Shown here in pieces: positions 1-10,280 of a DNA stretch of 64,000 bases. Source of the stretch: Spirochaetia bacterium (GTDB lineage Bacteria > Spirochaetota > Spirochaetia > CADAEX01). The stretch spans positions 1,376,001-1,440,000 of the forward strand of contig OY759746.1 of NCBI GenBank assembly GCA_963662795.1, in the 5' to 3' direction. Positions within the stretch are counted from its first letter, which is position 1. Every line of letters begins with the position of its first letter. The translations under genes and the position numbers were made by a program. A model generated the notes under the pieces. That model was not told the DNA's origin. It saw only the letters and a program-made list of their open reading frames with translations, and did not search any database.

Positions 1-459
1 AAAAGGAATTTTACTGCCTGCTTTTTCAAAAATTCTGATAAAAAGAATGTAAAAAGGGATACCTGTCATAAAAACAGCTGAAGCAAACAGAATAACAGTA
101 TCTCCGACAGGAGACGGAACTCCGGCGCTTTTCAGGGTTATTAGAGGGATCAATATTCCATAAAGAACACTGAAAAGAAGTATTTTTCTCGGTGTTTTGA
201 CAATATTTTTTAAAATACTTACTGTTAACCTTTCATCACCTGCTGCACTGCCATAATTTACAATTTGAAGTGCATTACGCCTCACGTTAAGAAGGATAAA
301 GAGATGATACGCAAATACTGAAGCAACTGTAAGAGGGTTAAAAATCATAATTATTGTTTTTTCGAAAGAGATTAACCCGATATAACTGAAAATAAACGGA
401 GACAAAACTGTGGGAACCGCTGTAATCAGAAGTACAACAAGCAGATTTATTTTTTTCAT
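1..459 (-). CDS. Multi-TM membrane protein, 5' part only (runs off window); possibly the N-terminus of a chemoreceptor or sensor
   Basis: Manual translation from ATG at 459 (MKKINLLVVLLITAVPTVLSPFIFSYIGL...PFYILFIRIFEKAGSKIPF) is open to the window edge with several hydrophobic segments; not in the ORF track because it has no stop. Confidence 0.65.
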   Translation of the reverse strand, partial: MKKINLLVVLLITAVPTVLSPFIFSYIGLISFEKTIIMIFNPLTVASVFAYHLFILLNVRRNALQIVNYGSAAGDERLTVSILKNIVKTPRKILLFSVLYGILIPLITLKSAGVPSPVGDTVILFASAVFMTGIPFYILFIRIFEKAGSKIPF

Positions 460-522
460 TTTAAGGCACCTTTATAAGTCCGAACCTGTTAATTCTATCA
501 ATATTTATTAATAATTGTAAAC

Positions 523-552
523 AAAAAAACCCGGAGCACTTTCTCTCCGGGT
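523..552 (-). terminator. Intrinsic terminator downstream of wrbA
   Basis: Stem acccggag/ctccgggt with an A-run on the + strand (U-tract on the - strand). Confidence 0.75.
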
Positions 553-577
553 CTGGTCTTTATTCCATTTTTTAAAA

Positions 578-1189
578 CTATCTGAAAAGTTTTACCGCTA
601 TCTCAGCAACATGTTTACCCTGAAACCTTGCTATGGCTAGTTCATCTTCGCTCGGCATTCTGCTTCCGTCTCCCCCGGTTATTGTCGTTGCTCCGTAAGG
701 AGAGCCGCCCGACATGCTTTTTATATTACTAAGCCTTGCTTCTGAATATGGGACCCCGGCTATTATCATTCCCTGATGAAGAAGTGTTGTGTGGAAACTC
801 AGGATTGTTGATTCCTGACCTCCATGCTGTGTCGCGCTTGAAGTAAAAACGCTTCCAAGCTTGCCAATAAGAGCTCCTGTAGCCCAGAGACCTCCTGTTG
901 AATCAAGAAAAGCCCTCATCTGGGCGCTCATCATTCCGAATCTTGTCGGCACTCCGAATATTACTGCGTCTGATTTTTCAAGAACACTTAAATCCGCAAC
1001 AGGGATATTTGACATCATTTTTGCACTTTCAAGAGCACCCATGTTTTCCAGTATCCCGTTATCCAGCGTCTCGGGAACCCTGTAAAGGGAAACTTCCGCT
1101 CCCTTGACGCTTTCAGCTCCTTCTGCAACTGCTTCCGCCATTTTAAATATATGCCCGTACATGCTGTAAAATACTATGCTTAGTTTCAT
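578..1189 (-). CDS. wrbA: NAD(P)H:quinone oxidoreductase type IV (flavodoxin-like)
   Basis: YSMYGH FMN loop, GVPTRFG, QHGGQE, GGSPYGA motifs. Confidence 0.93.
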   Translation of the reverse strand: MKLSIVFYSMYGHIFKMAEAVAEGAESVKGAEVSLYRVPETLDNGILENMGALESAKMMSNIPVADLSVLEKSDAVIFGVPTRFGMMSAQMRAFLDSTGGLWATGALIGKLGSVFTSSATQHGGQESTILSFHTTLLHQGMIIAGVPYSEARLSNIKSMSGGSPYGATTITGGDGSRMPSEDELAIARFQGKHVAEIAVKLFR

Positions 1190-1380
1190 TATAAATCCTC
1201 CTATATCATACTGAATATATATGATTTAAAATAATACATTTCCTTCATAAAGCCAACTAAATTGTATTACCGGGTATAATTTTTATTGAAAAGATAATGA
1301 AAATACCATGATTTACTCTATTTGACTTTGGAGATAAGTACGATTACAATACATGTATTATAATTTTATATAAAAAACAT

Positions 1381-2454
1381 ATGGAAAAACACACTGCTGA
1401 TGTAAAAAGTCCAAAAACCTTCTTTGCCCGCCTTTCTCCGGAGGAATCTTCTCTTATTAAAGGTTATTCAAAAGAAAAAAAATATCTGCCGGGCGATGTA
1501 ATAGTACGGGAAAAGACCCTCACAGACACATTCTGCATAATAAAAAAGGGAAGCGTCGAAGTTACAAAGAAATACATGGACAGTGAAGATATGGTGCTTG
1601 CAGTAATGGGAGACGGGGATTTTTTCGGAGAAATGGCTCTGCTCGACCAGGGAACAAGGTCTGCAACTGTTAAAGCCCTGACATCAACCACCATTTATGA
1701 AATTTCAAGAAAGAGCTTTGAGCTTCTGCTTAAAAAACAGCCCGACCTTGCCTATACAATACTCCGGGAGCTTTCAACAAGGCTGAGGGAAGCCGGAACC
1801 CTCCTTGTCGCACATCTTGAAAGAAAAAACAGGCAGCTCAGCCAGGCCTATATAGACACTGTCCAGGTTCTGGTTAACGCGCTTGAAGCCAGGGATACCT
1901 ATACATCAGGACATACTGCCAGAGTCACCGTAATAGCCAAGGAAATTGCCAGAAAGATGGGAATGGCGCCCGAAGACCTTTATACCCTCGAAATGGGAGC
2001 ACTCCTCCACGATGTTGGAAAGATCGGCATTCCGGATTCTGTACTTGGCAAACCGGGTCCGCTTGAAAAATCCGAATTCCAGATTATAGCCGGTCATCCG
2101 GGTATGGGAGGACAGATTTTAAAAAATATTGAATATCTTGAAAATTCACTCCCTTCCGTGATGTCTCATCACGAAAGATTTGACGGAAAAGGATACCCTG
2201 AAGGGCTTGCCGGCAAGTCTATTCCCCTTGCAGGAAGAATAATTGCCGTAGCAGACAGTTTCGATGCCATGATAAGCAGCAGACCGTACAGGGAAAAGAT
2301 AGATATCAAGGAAGCGGTAAAAGAACTCAGAAGATGCTCGGGTACCCAGTTTGACAGCGATATTGTTGAAACATTTATCAAAATCATCGAAAGCGGCGGG
2401 ATTGATTATTTAAACATATCTCCCGGGCTGCCGCAGTCTTCCGAAAGCACCTGA
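1381..2454 (+). CDS. Cyclic-nucleotide-binding domain + HD-GYP phosphodiesterase
   Basis: Phosphate-binding cassette GEMALLDQGTRSAT; HDVGKIG and HHERFDGKGYP motifs. Confidence 0.9.
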   Translation: MEKHTADVKSPKTFFARLSPEESSLIKGYSKEKKYLPGDVIVREKTLTDTFCIIKKGSVEVTKKYMDSEDMVLAVMGDGDFFGEMALLDQGTRSATVKALTSTTIYEISRKSFELLLKKQPDLAYTILRELSTRLREAGTLLVAHLERKNRQLSQAYIDTVQVLVNALEARDTYTSGHTARVTVIAKEIARKMGMAPEDLYTLEMGALLHDVGKIGIPDSVLGKPGPLEKSEFQIIAGHPGMGGQILKNIEYLENSLPSVMSHHERFDGKGYPEGLAGKSIPLAGRIIAVADSFDAMISSRPYREKIDIKEAVKELRRCSGTQFDSDIVETFIKIIESGGIDYLNISPGLPQSSEST

Positions 2455-2469
2455 AATATCCCCGAACTG

Positions 2470-3918
2470 TCAGATTAGTTTTTCTGACCTGTCTCTTCCT
2501 TTTTCCTTTGCCATATATAAGGCCCTGTCCGCCCGTTCAAGCGCGGCATCCGGGGAAGAAATATCGGCATCCGTAAACTGCGAAACCCCGCAGCTGATTG
2601 TAATATTAAGCGTCTCTCCATTTATGATAAACACTTTTTCCTTAACAGCGGTCCTAAGCTTTTCCGCAGTGGTAAAAGCATCGTCCATACTGCAGCCTTT
2701 AAGAATGATAAAGAATTCCTCTCCGCCCCAACGGCAGATGGCATCGCTTTTTCTGAGCTGATTTTTAAGAATATCCGCAGTTTTTTTAAGGATCACATCT
2801 CCGTTCAGGTGGCCGAAAGTATCATTGACTTTTTTAAAATAATCCAGGTCAATGAAAATAAATGAGATAAGGGTCTTGTTTCTTTTGTTTTCATTGACAG
2901 TCTGATTTACTATTATATCAAACGACTGCCTGTTTAAAAGACCTGTAAGCTTATCGGTCGACGCAAGTTTTTCAATTCTGGCCTGATAGGATGAGATGGC
3001 ACGCCATAGCAGAAAAAAAACAACAGCTGTAACAAATAAACAGAGTAAAAGATTTATAATCAATGTATTTAAGATAATCCCCGCAGCTTCTTCATCACTT
3101 TCCTCGACAAGAAGATACCAGTCGAATTCACTGATATACCTTGTATTTAGATAATATGTCCTGCCGTCATTTTTATAGGTATAGGTTCCGTTTTCACCGC
3201 CGATTATTTTATCCGCAAAACTCGACAAACCTGACATTTCCCGGATATTTTCACTCTGACCATCTGTACTTGAAGCCCGGAGAGTAACGTTTCCGCTGTT
3301 GTCTACAAAAAAGATATTTCTTTTATATTTTTGCTGATATATCTTGATCAGTGTCGCAACCGAGTTAACAGTCAGGCCCACACCGGTAGCTCCGATATAG
3401 TTACCGTCATAATCAAATACCTTATAGTTGATAAAAATTGTCATGGCATCATTATTGGAAAGGTCAGGATCAATATTGATTTCATATTCATCTTTCATAT
3501 CCCTGACACGGTAATACCAGACATCCCTCTCTTCATCAGGGCTTACCTGCTTTAATATTCCGCCGGCATAATAATAGTTGCCTGTTTTCTCTGAAACAAA
3601 AAAACTTGTAACAGTTGAATATTTTTCTTTAATTTCTTTCAGATACTTTGTAATCTCTGCGGGATCTGCCTCTCCGTTCAGGACCCAGTCCCGTAAAAAT
3701 GTATCGTTTGCCATCAGGGAACATATAAATATCGGCCGGAGAAGGTCTCTCTGTATTTCCGAGTAAATATTGTCGCTTGTAAGAGGCAGGGTATTCAGGG
3801 TAATTTCTTTTTTCAGAGAGAACCTTGATGTAAAATAACTCGCAAAACTTGTTGCAAGAAATCCTGCAGCCAAAAGCAGGGTAATTATCAGCATCAGCCT
3901 GTATTTTTTATTAAACAC
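2470..3918 (-). CDS. Membrane-bound Cache-sensor diguanylate cyclase
   Basis: Two TM helices flanking a periplasmic Cache-like domain; DKLTGLLNR, DLDYFKKVND, RKSD I-site, GGEEF. Confidence 0.9.
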   Translation of the reverse strand: MFNKKYRLMLIITLLLAAGFLATSFASYFTSRFSLKKEITLNTLPLTSDNIYSEIQRDLLRPIFICSLMANDTFLRDWVLNGEADPAEITKYLKEIKEKYSTVTSFFVSEKTGNYYYAGGILKQVSPDEERDVWYYRVRDMKDEYEINIDPDLSNNDAMTIFINYKVFDYDGNYIGATGVGLTVNSVATLIKIYQQKYKRNIFFVDNSGNVTLRASSTDGQSENIREMSGLSSFADKIIGGENGTYTYKNDGRTYYLNTRYISEFDWYLLVEESDEEAAGIILNTLIINLLLCLFVTAVVFFLLWRAISSYQARIEKLASTDKLTGLLNRQSFDIIVNQTVNENKRNKTLISFIFIDLDYFKKVNDTFGHLNGDVILKKTADILKNQLRKSDAICRWGGEEFFIILKGCSMDDAFTTAEKLRTAVKEKVFIINGETLNITISCGVSQFTDADISSPDAALERADRALYMAKEKGRDRSEKLI

Positions 3919-3966
3919 CAGACAATTCTCCTAGTATTATCATATATTTTTTTCACTCCATAGTCT

Positions 3967-5244
3967 TTACCTGCGCACCCTGTAAAGCCGCTCTTTTTTC
4001 TTTTCCTGGCCGGGTAAATTAAAACTTACCATAACCGAAACAATTGTAACAAGAAGTGAAACCAGGATAATTGAATTAAACGGAAAACCGGCATCAAGTA
4101 TGAAGCCGAAAAGGGCAGGGCTTGCCGCAGTGTTTAAGACACTGATCATCGCAAATACAGACCTTATGCTGCCGATATTTTTCGTACCGAATACTTCCGC
4201 GAGGACTGCGGTTTTAACTGTGGAACTGATTCCGATTGAAATACCGGTCAGGATAAGGTAGAGGGGCGCGATAAACGGATTGTGGAAAAACAGCAGGGCG
4301 GTAAGGGCAGCTGCAAACGGTATTAGATAATACGGAAGCATCTTTACTGCCGTGTACCTGTCAACAAGCGGGCCTCCGGCAAGGGAAAACACGGCCCGTC
4401 CGGCTGCGTAAAGTATAAACGATGAAGTAATCAACTCAACAGGCCACCCTTTGTCAGAGGCGAGAACAAGCTGATAGAAAAACAGTCCCGTGACAACAAA
4501 CGGCTGCAGAAAGGAATTGGAGGCGATTATATAGAAACGCCTGTCTGTAAAAAGTTTTTTTCTGCTGAATTCACCGGAAGGGAGCCCCTTCCCGCCGGAA
4601 CCATTATTGATATCAGGTTTGTTTTTAAGCTCCCGGGCTGTCTGCTTTTCCGTCCCATCCCTGAATTCACGGTTTCCCATCACAAGAATAATGACAGGAA
4701 GAAGTATCAGGAAAAGGAAAGCGGCATTGAAAAACATTGAAATCCGCCAGCCGAATGAGGCTGTAATCATACCGGTTATTACAGGAAGAAAACCTTCTCC
4801 GGCTGAATAACCCAGGGAAGCTATGCTCAGGGCCTTGCCCCGCGCCGCTGTAAAATACCGTGAAACAGAAGTACTTGAGATATGGGTCAGGAGCCCCTGT
4901 CCCGCAAACCTTAAGCCCCAGATGCCGAAAAAGATCATGATTATGTTAAAGGCGGATCCGGTAAGAATGCCCGCGGCTGTAAAAACAAGAATTGCAGCTG
5001 TTGTATATTTTTTAAGAGGCCAGGTATCCATAAGATTACCGGCATACATCAGCGCAAAAGCGCTAAGCACTGTTGCAGCCCCGTAGATTGAACCGAAAAC
5101 GGAATTTGAAATCCCGAAATCCTTCATTATGCCCGGAACATAAAGAGAAACAAGAAATGTCTGCCCGAAGCTTGAAAAAAATGCAAGAAGGAAACCGGAA
5201 ATTACTATCCGCATCCCGTCGGTAATTTTCCCTTTAAAAAACAT
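3967..5244 (-). CDS. MFS transporter
   Basis: About 12 TM segments in two halves, motif-A-like GNLMDTWPLK / GPLVDRYTAV; ATG at 5244 preceded by AGGAG preferred over the TTG at 5292. Confidence 0.85.
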   Translation of the reverse strand: MFFKGKITDGMRIVISGFLLAFFSSFGQTFLVSLYVPGIMKDFGISNSVFGSIYGAATVLSAFALMYAGNLMDTWPLKKYTTAAILVFTAAGILTGSAFNIIMIFFGIWGLRFAGQGLLTHISSTSVSRYFTAARGKALSIASLGYSAGEGFLPVITGMITASFGWRISMFFNAAFLFLILLPVIILVMGNREFRDGTEKQTARELKNKPDINNGSGGKGLPSGEFSRKKLFTDRRFYIIASNSFLQPFVVTGLFFYQLVLASDKGWPVELITSSFILYAAGRAVFSLAGGPLVDRYTAVKMLPYYLIPFAAALTALLFFHNPFIAPLYLILTGISIGISSTVKTAVLAEVFGTKNIGSIRSVFAMISVLNTAASPALFGFILDAGFPFNSIILVSLLVTIVSVMVSFNLPGQEKKKERLYRVRR

Positions 5245-5357
5245 GCTCCTAATATAAGAAAAACATTTGAGAGCGGATACAGCAGAGAACAATTAAAATG
5301 AGCAAAGAACTGCCGGAAACTTTTTGGGGCCCACAGCCGGGAATATTTAAAAAGTCT

Positions 5358-6254
5358 TTAAAACTTCAGTACCATTCCTGTCTGAAGCGGTTTGAATGCA
5401 GGACCGAAAGCGCCGTAAAGTGACGCCTGCGCCCGGAAGCCGGTGCAGTGGCCGGGAACAATGGATTTTATGGTAAACTTTTTCAGTGCGTCGGTTGTCT
5501 TTTTTATCCTCTCATCCGGGGCTTCAACAAGGTGAAAGCCGCCGGTCACACACTCGAATTCCCTTGTCCCGCAGACCTGTGAAACCTGAGTCACAATATT
5601 GACTATTCCGGCGTGGCTGCATCCTGTAAGAATTACAGGCGCCTTTCCCCTGACGCAGGCGGCAATAGATACATCATCCATCATCGGATCAGGTTTTACC
5701 TGTCCTTTGTCAATTGTTGAAAGGCTTATACCGGCCTCTTCGAAATCCGTCACCCGTTTTATCTCGCCTGTAGTAAAAATGCCGCTCATCAACTGAAGAG
5801 GATCTCTGGAAAGATAAAGCTCCGCGCCGGCGTCCCTTAAAGCTTCTTCCCTGTCACCCATCATCACGCCTACGTTGCGAAGATAAGGAAATGTGATAAA
5901 ATTAAGGCGGAATATGGAAGGATGAGCTATAACAGGAAGATCCTTTTTACCGATTGCCTTAAGGACTTCGGTGAGTCCCTGCGTATGGTCATAGTGGCAG
6001 TGGGTAAGGACAATGCTGTCTATTTCCGGGGGATCAATTTTCATCACCCTGAAGTTTTCAAGCAGGGCAGAAGGGTTCTGTCCGACATCCATCAGGATAG
6101 TTCTTGATATACCCTCCCTGATGCCCCTTAAAAGGAGAGAAATCCCATGCTGGCCGAGATACGGGCTCTCATACTGAACAGAGTCCTCGCACATCACAGT
6201 AACTTCAAGCTCATCAAGTTCACCGTAAGGCTTATTTACTTTTAATTCCGACAT
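5358..6254 (-). CDS. MBL-fold metallo-hydrolase (COG1237 / MJ0448-like)
   Basis: QHGIS, THCHYDH, TGCSHAG, GGFHL, GHCTG motifs. Confidence 0.88.
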   Translation of the reverse strand: MSELKVNKPYGELDELEVTVMCEDSVQYESPYLGQHGISLLLRGIREGISRTILMDVGQNPSALLENFRVMKIDPPEIDSIVLTHCHYDHTQGLTEVLKAIGKKDLPVIAHPSIFRLNFITFPYLRNVGVMMGDREEALRDAGAELYLSRDPLQLMSGIFTTGEIKRVTDFEEAGISLSTIDKGQVKPDPMMDDVSIAACVRGKAPVILTGCSHAGIVNIVTQVSQVCGTREFECVTGGFHLVEAPDERIKKTTDALKKFTIKSIVPGHCTGFRAQASLYGAFGPAFKPLQTGMVLKF

Positions 6255-6333
6255 GGCAATCTCTCCTTTTTTTGTGCCCCGTGTAATCTTTTGTTAATTG
6301 AAAAACAAGTTAAGCTTACCGGGGCTGATGGAT

Positions 6334-7650
6334 TTAAGCTGCGGGAGTCCCGCTATTTTTTTTCATATTAGTAATCAGATAGACAATCAGCATAACGGCA
6401 AGTGTCGGCACAAGCCATCCGAAATTAATTTTTCCAAGCGGCAGCATGGCTACGTTTTTGCTTACAAAATTGCCCGGAAATCCAACACCGGTAAGAAAAT
6501 CCCCGATGCTGAATACAAGGGCTGTTATAACACCGGATGCTATCACTTTTTTGAATTTATCAAAGCTGTAGGACAGGGATGCGATGATAAGCACAACAAC
6601 AGACGGATAGATGAGCATGAGCCAGGGAATTGTAAAGCGGACTATGCGGCTTAGGCCTACCAAGCCAAAAACAAAACCGATTATGCTTGCGGCCGCCGTT
6701 GTCCATATATATTTGATTTTCCCCTTGCTGACTTCTTTAAGCATATCCCCCGCCATCGAGGTGATGCTGGCCGAGGTCGTAAGACAAGCGAAAGCTATGA
6801 GGACCGCAAAGATTGCCTTACCGATAACGCCAAGCAGGGATGCGGCAACTTCTACAGAAAGGGCCCCAATAGGGGCATCAGGGAAAAGTGATCCTGTTGT
6901 CGCGCCCAGGTAAACAAGCCCTGTTGAAGTAAGGCCTAGCGCAATTGCGGTAAGAAATCCAAGCGCTGTAAGGTTCCTGTCCTGTGCTTTTTTATCATTT
7001 ATATTGCGCAGTGTAAGCTCATTTAAAATCCAGCCTCCGAAGAGAAATGCGGCAAGTGCATTCATGGTATTATAACCGTTAAGCATGCCTCCGCCGACAG
7101 CGCCGGTCATTCCGGTAGAAGAGGCAGGGGCTCCGGGAGAAAATATCCCGCGAAGTAAAAGAATTACAACAAATGCGATTAAAAGGGGCGCAAGCAGTTT
7201 CCCTATGCGGTCTATAACCTTGACCCTTGAAAACGCAAGATAGAAATTCAGTACGAAATATATAATCAGGAAAAACCACAGCGCGGTTCCGGGAAAAAAG
7301 GATGCGACAGACATTTCATAGGTCGCAGACGATACTCTGGGCAGTATGAAAAATACTTCGATAAGAACAGGAACCGCAACATAGATCCCGCCGCCGACCC
7401 TGCCGAGTGTTTTCTGGGCAATACCAGCAAGGGTTTGCCCCTGCCTCGCGCATGCCATATAGGCAAGCCAGACTCCGAGGCTGTTAACGATAAAATACCC
7501 CAAAGCAGCAGGAAACCAGGCTGACCCTGCGCCGCGCCCGAGTATTACCGGGAAAATCACATCGCCGACACCGAAGTGCCCGGCAAACATCGCTCCTGAA
7601 ATTACAAACAGCGTAATGAGCGGCAGATACTTTCTAGAATCATTTTCCAT
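6334..7650 (-). CDS. BrnQ/LIVCS-family amino acid:cation symporter (divergent)
   Basis: FAGHFGVGDVIFP (cf. FALFFGAGNLIFP), LPR, DRIGKLLAP, GYNTMNALAA, ACLTTS, LIYP motifs. Confidence 0.85.
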   Translation of the reverse strand: MENDSRKYLPLITLFVISGAMFAGHFGVGDVIFPVILGRGAGSAWFPAALGYFIVNSLGVWLAYMACARQGQTLAGIAQKTLGRVGGGIYVAVPVLIEVFFILPRVSSATYEMSVASFFPGTALWFFLIIYFVLNFYLAFSRVKVIDRIGKLLAPLLIAFVVILLLRGIFSPGAPASSTGMTGAVGGGMLNGYNTMNALAAFLFGGWILNELTLRNINDKKAQDRNLTALGFLTAIALGLTSTGLVYLGATTGSLFPDAPIGALSVEVAASLLGVIGKAIFAVLIAFACLTTSASITSMAGDMLKEVSKGKIKYIWTTAAASIIGFVFGLVGLSRIVRFTIPWLMLIYPSVVVLIIASLSYSFDKFKKVIASGVITALVFSIGDFLTGVGFPGNFVSKNVAMLPLGKINFGWLVPTLAVMLIVYLITNMKKNSGTPAA

Positions 7651-7661
7651 AGAACCTCCTG

Positions 7662-7898
7662 TTATTTACGGAAATCACGTTTTCCGATTCCCTTGCTTTT
7701 CGGTGCACCTTCATGATCATAGGGGCATCCCTCGCATGTATCTCTTGAATAGCACTCCATAGCGAACTCTACCCATGAAGTAAAGCTGTCTCCCCAATGC
7801 TCGTTTAAAACAGGGAGAAACTTATCCCAGGTTTCTTCGGGAATAGCTATATTGAGGCGCCTTTTCTTTTTTTTACTATCAGGTCTGCAGTATTCCAT
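7662..7898 (-). CDS. Small putative ribbon-helix-helix DNA-binding protein with Cys-rich tail
   Basis: KRRLNIAIP strand followed by two helices (EETWDKFL; SFTSWVEFAMEC), then CEGCPYDH; 11 bp upstream of the BrnQ-like gene. Confidence 0.55.
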   Translation of the reverse strand: MEYCRPDSKKKKRRLNIAIPEETWDKFLPVLNEHWGDSFTSWVEFAMECYSRDTCEGCPYDHEGAPKSKGIGKRDFRK

Positions 7899-7971
7899 AC
7901 GGCTTTTTCTATTCCATATATGTATTATTTATACAGATAAATCATCTGTATGATGTATTGTTATACGGCTT
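7891..7971. promoter_or_regulatory. Candidate operator repeats upstream of the RHH-like gene
   Basis: Inverted repeat atacagat-N5-atctgtat (7931-7951); direct repeats atacggctt (7897-7905, 7963-7971) and tattccata (7891, 7910). Confidence 0.45.
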
Positions 7972-8004
7972 ATACAAATTGTCAAGAAAAACCCGTTCCT
8001 TTGG

Positions 8005-8487
8005 GTGTATTTAAAGCAGCAGGTATCGATACCGGGCGCTAAAATCCTTAAAACAGCAATGGTTCATGAGCTTGTAATGGAAGCGGATGTTATAATTAAT
8101 GTGCCGGTTTTAAAACACCACGGCAGCACAAGGATGACTTCCTCACTTAAAAACCTGATGGGTGCAATCTGGGACAGGCAGTTCTACCACGCGTCAGGAT
8201 TAAGCCAGTACATTGCAGAGTTTCCGCTTCTGAGAAAACCGGCGCTCAATGCTATTGACGCATATACAGTGATGACATCAGGCGGTCCGCAGGGTTCATC
8301 CTACAGGTCGGCGCTTGAGGTAAAAAAGATGCAGATTTTGTCCGCTGATATGGTAGCGGCAGATTCCGCCGCAGCGAAGGTTCTGGGGCATGATCCTGAT
8401 GATATCAGATACATAACAATGGCATCTGACTTAAAGCTCGGCAGTAATAACCTTGATTCACTTCTGATTAAAAGGATAATCCTTTGA
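8005..8487 (+). pseudogene. 5'-truncated DUF362-family protein
   Basis: INVPVLKHH, LKNLMG, IDA, DMVAAD motifs of the C-terminal half only; weak GTG start; N-terminal half absent. Confidence 0.7.
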
Positions 8488-9897
8488 ATGTGTCCGGACA
8501 GGGTTCCGGAGGTAAAAGCGCGGGATGGAGAAAAATCAGGCTTTCAATCGCCGCATCAGTTTTCATCCTTTTCCTTTTTACTTCTTTTTCAGCCTCTCCG
8601 CCCGCATTAATACTTTCAAGGCTCCTTTCAAGGATACAGCTTGTCCCGGCAATTCTCAGGGCTTCAGGGATATCTGAAGCATTATCAGGCGCCGCTGAAA
8701 ATATCCATCCCGGCGTGCTGATTTCTGCTGTTTCCGTTACGGCAGCCGCGCTTCTTATTATGCTGTCTGCGTTTCTCTTCGGCAGGGCATACTGCTCGCT
8801 TATCTGCCCTCTCGGTCTCTTCCAGGATATTTTTATTGAAACCCGGAGAAAACCAGCTTCCGGAAGGTTCCGCTTTTTAAAACCGTTTAACGGCGCAGGA
8901 TTCGGGATCCTGCTGCTTTGTACCGCTGCCGCGTTTGCCGGAATAATGCTGCCTCTCATTCTTCTTGAACCATATTCCATCTGGGGAAGGGTTACGCTTG
9001 ATATCGCCCATCCCCTGTCGGTTCTGACAGGAAGGGCAGTTTTTACTGCACTGAGACCTTTCGGAATATTTATAAATTTGATCCGGTATAATTTTAATCT
9101 GCCGGTTTTTGCTGTTACATTTCTGGCAGCTTCAGCCCTGATTTTCTTAACCCTGAAAAAGGGAAGGGTTTACTGTTCTCTTGTATGCCCGGACGGAACA
9201 CTGCTCGGCCTTTTAAGCCGTAATTCGCTCAGCAGGGTAGCTATTGACCCCTTGCTTTGCACATCGTGCGGATTATGTGAAAAAAAATGCAGGACAGGCT
9301 GTATTGATTCAAAGGGGAAAAAAGTAGACATCTCGCGGTGCGTAATGCCGGCGACTGCCTTGCAGGCTGTCCGGTCGATGCAATAAAGTACACAAAAAAA
9401 GCTGCCGCAGGTGTGTTTCCGTCTGCCCGACAAATGTTCTCCAGCCCTCCCTTTTCGAATACGGAATAAAGGGGATACTTCAGCCTGTCATGGATTACAG
9501 GAGCGGGTTCTGCGAATTCGAATGCACTGAATGCACCCACACATGCCCCACAGGGGCAATAATGCCGCTAACGGCAGAGGTGAAAAAGTCAATCCAGATA
9601 GGCAGGGTTTATTTTGTTAAGGACAAATGTGTTGTGGTAACAGGCGGCACTATCTGCGGAGCATGCGCGGAAGGGTGTCCCACCCATGCGGTGGGAATGG
9701 AACCGTATAAAAACGGTCTTGATATCCCGGTAACAGATAATTCACTCTGCGTCGGCTGCGGCAGCTGCGAGAACATCTGCCCTGTTCCCGAAAAGGCAAT
9801 ATATGTAAAAGGACTTGAGGTTCACGGAACAGCGGAGGTAAGGGAACCCCTTTACAGGATGCCGAAAGACACTTCAGACGAAGGGTTTCCTTTCTAA
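8484..9897 (+). pseudogene. Membrane 4Fe-4S polyferredoxin (NapH-like + NapF-like), broken by frameshifts and a deletion
   Basis: ORFs 8484-9386 (GRAYCSLICPLG, CTSCGLCEKKC) and 9490-9897 are bridged in other frames by GDCLAGCPVDAIKY (~9350) and SCRRCVSVCPTNVLQPS (~9400). Confidence 0.75.
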
Positions 9898-10041
9898 GGC
9901 CGGCATCGGGTATTATATCCAAAAAAATTACGGAGCTTGATACTATCTGTAAGAGCAGCAGAATTCCTATATGTTTTTCTGTAACTTGTGAATAAGGTTA
10001 AATGAATAAAAAGGTATTTATGGATTGTATATAAAAAACTC

Positions 10042-10125
10042 TGCCCGGAAGAGGACTTGAACCTCCATGCCGCAACCGGCACTAGAACCTGAATCTAGCG
10101 TGTCTACCAATTTCACCATCCGGGC
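10042..10125 (-). tRNA. tRNA-Leu (anticodon CAG)
   Basis: Reverse complement gcccggatggtgaaattggtagacacgctagattCAGgttctagtgccggttgcggcatggaggttcaagtcctcttccgggca: cloverleaf with long variable arm; CCA not encoded. Confidence 0.96.
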
Positions 10126-10137
10126 CTGATAAAATGA

Positions 10138-10166
10138 AATATAAACAACTCGGGTGTTACTGTCAA
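10138..10166 (-). promoter_or_regulatory. Sigma70-type promoter of tRNA-Leu
   Basis: TTGACA-17 bp-TATATT on the - strand, 12 bp upstream of the tRNA. Confidence 0.65.
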
Positions 10167-10280
10167 GAACTTACATCCTAAATCAGCATCCGCAGGTTAA
10201 GGAGGACAGTTTATCTTCCTGATACAGATTGCCAAACAGGAAATAAATTGTTAGCTTAACCTAAGGCAAAGGGGAAGAAT

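Noticed and set aside
9340-9405. Programmed frameshift in the Fe-S gene
   Set aside because: Two shifts, a missing linker and a truncated upstream gene fit decay better
9900-10125. Integrative element or prophage at tRNA-Leu
   Set aside because: No integrase and no duplicated tRNA 3' end seen in the window
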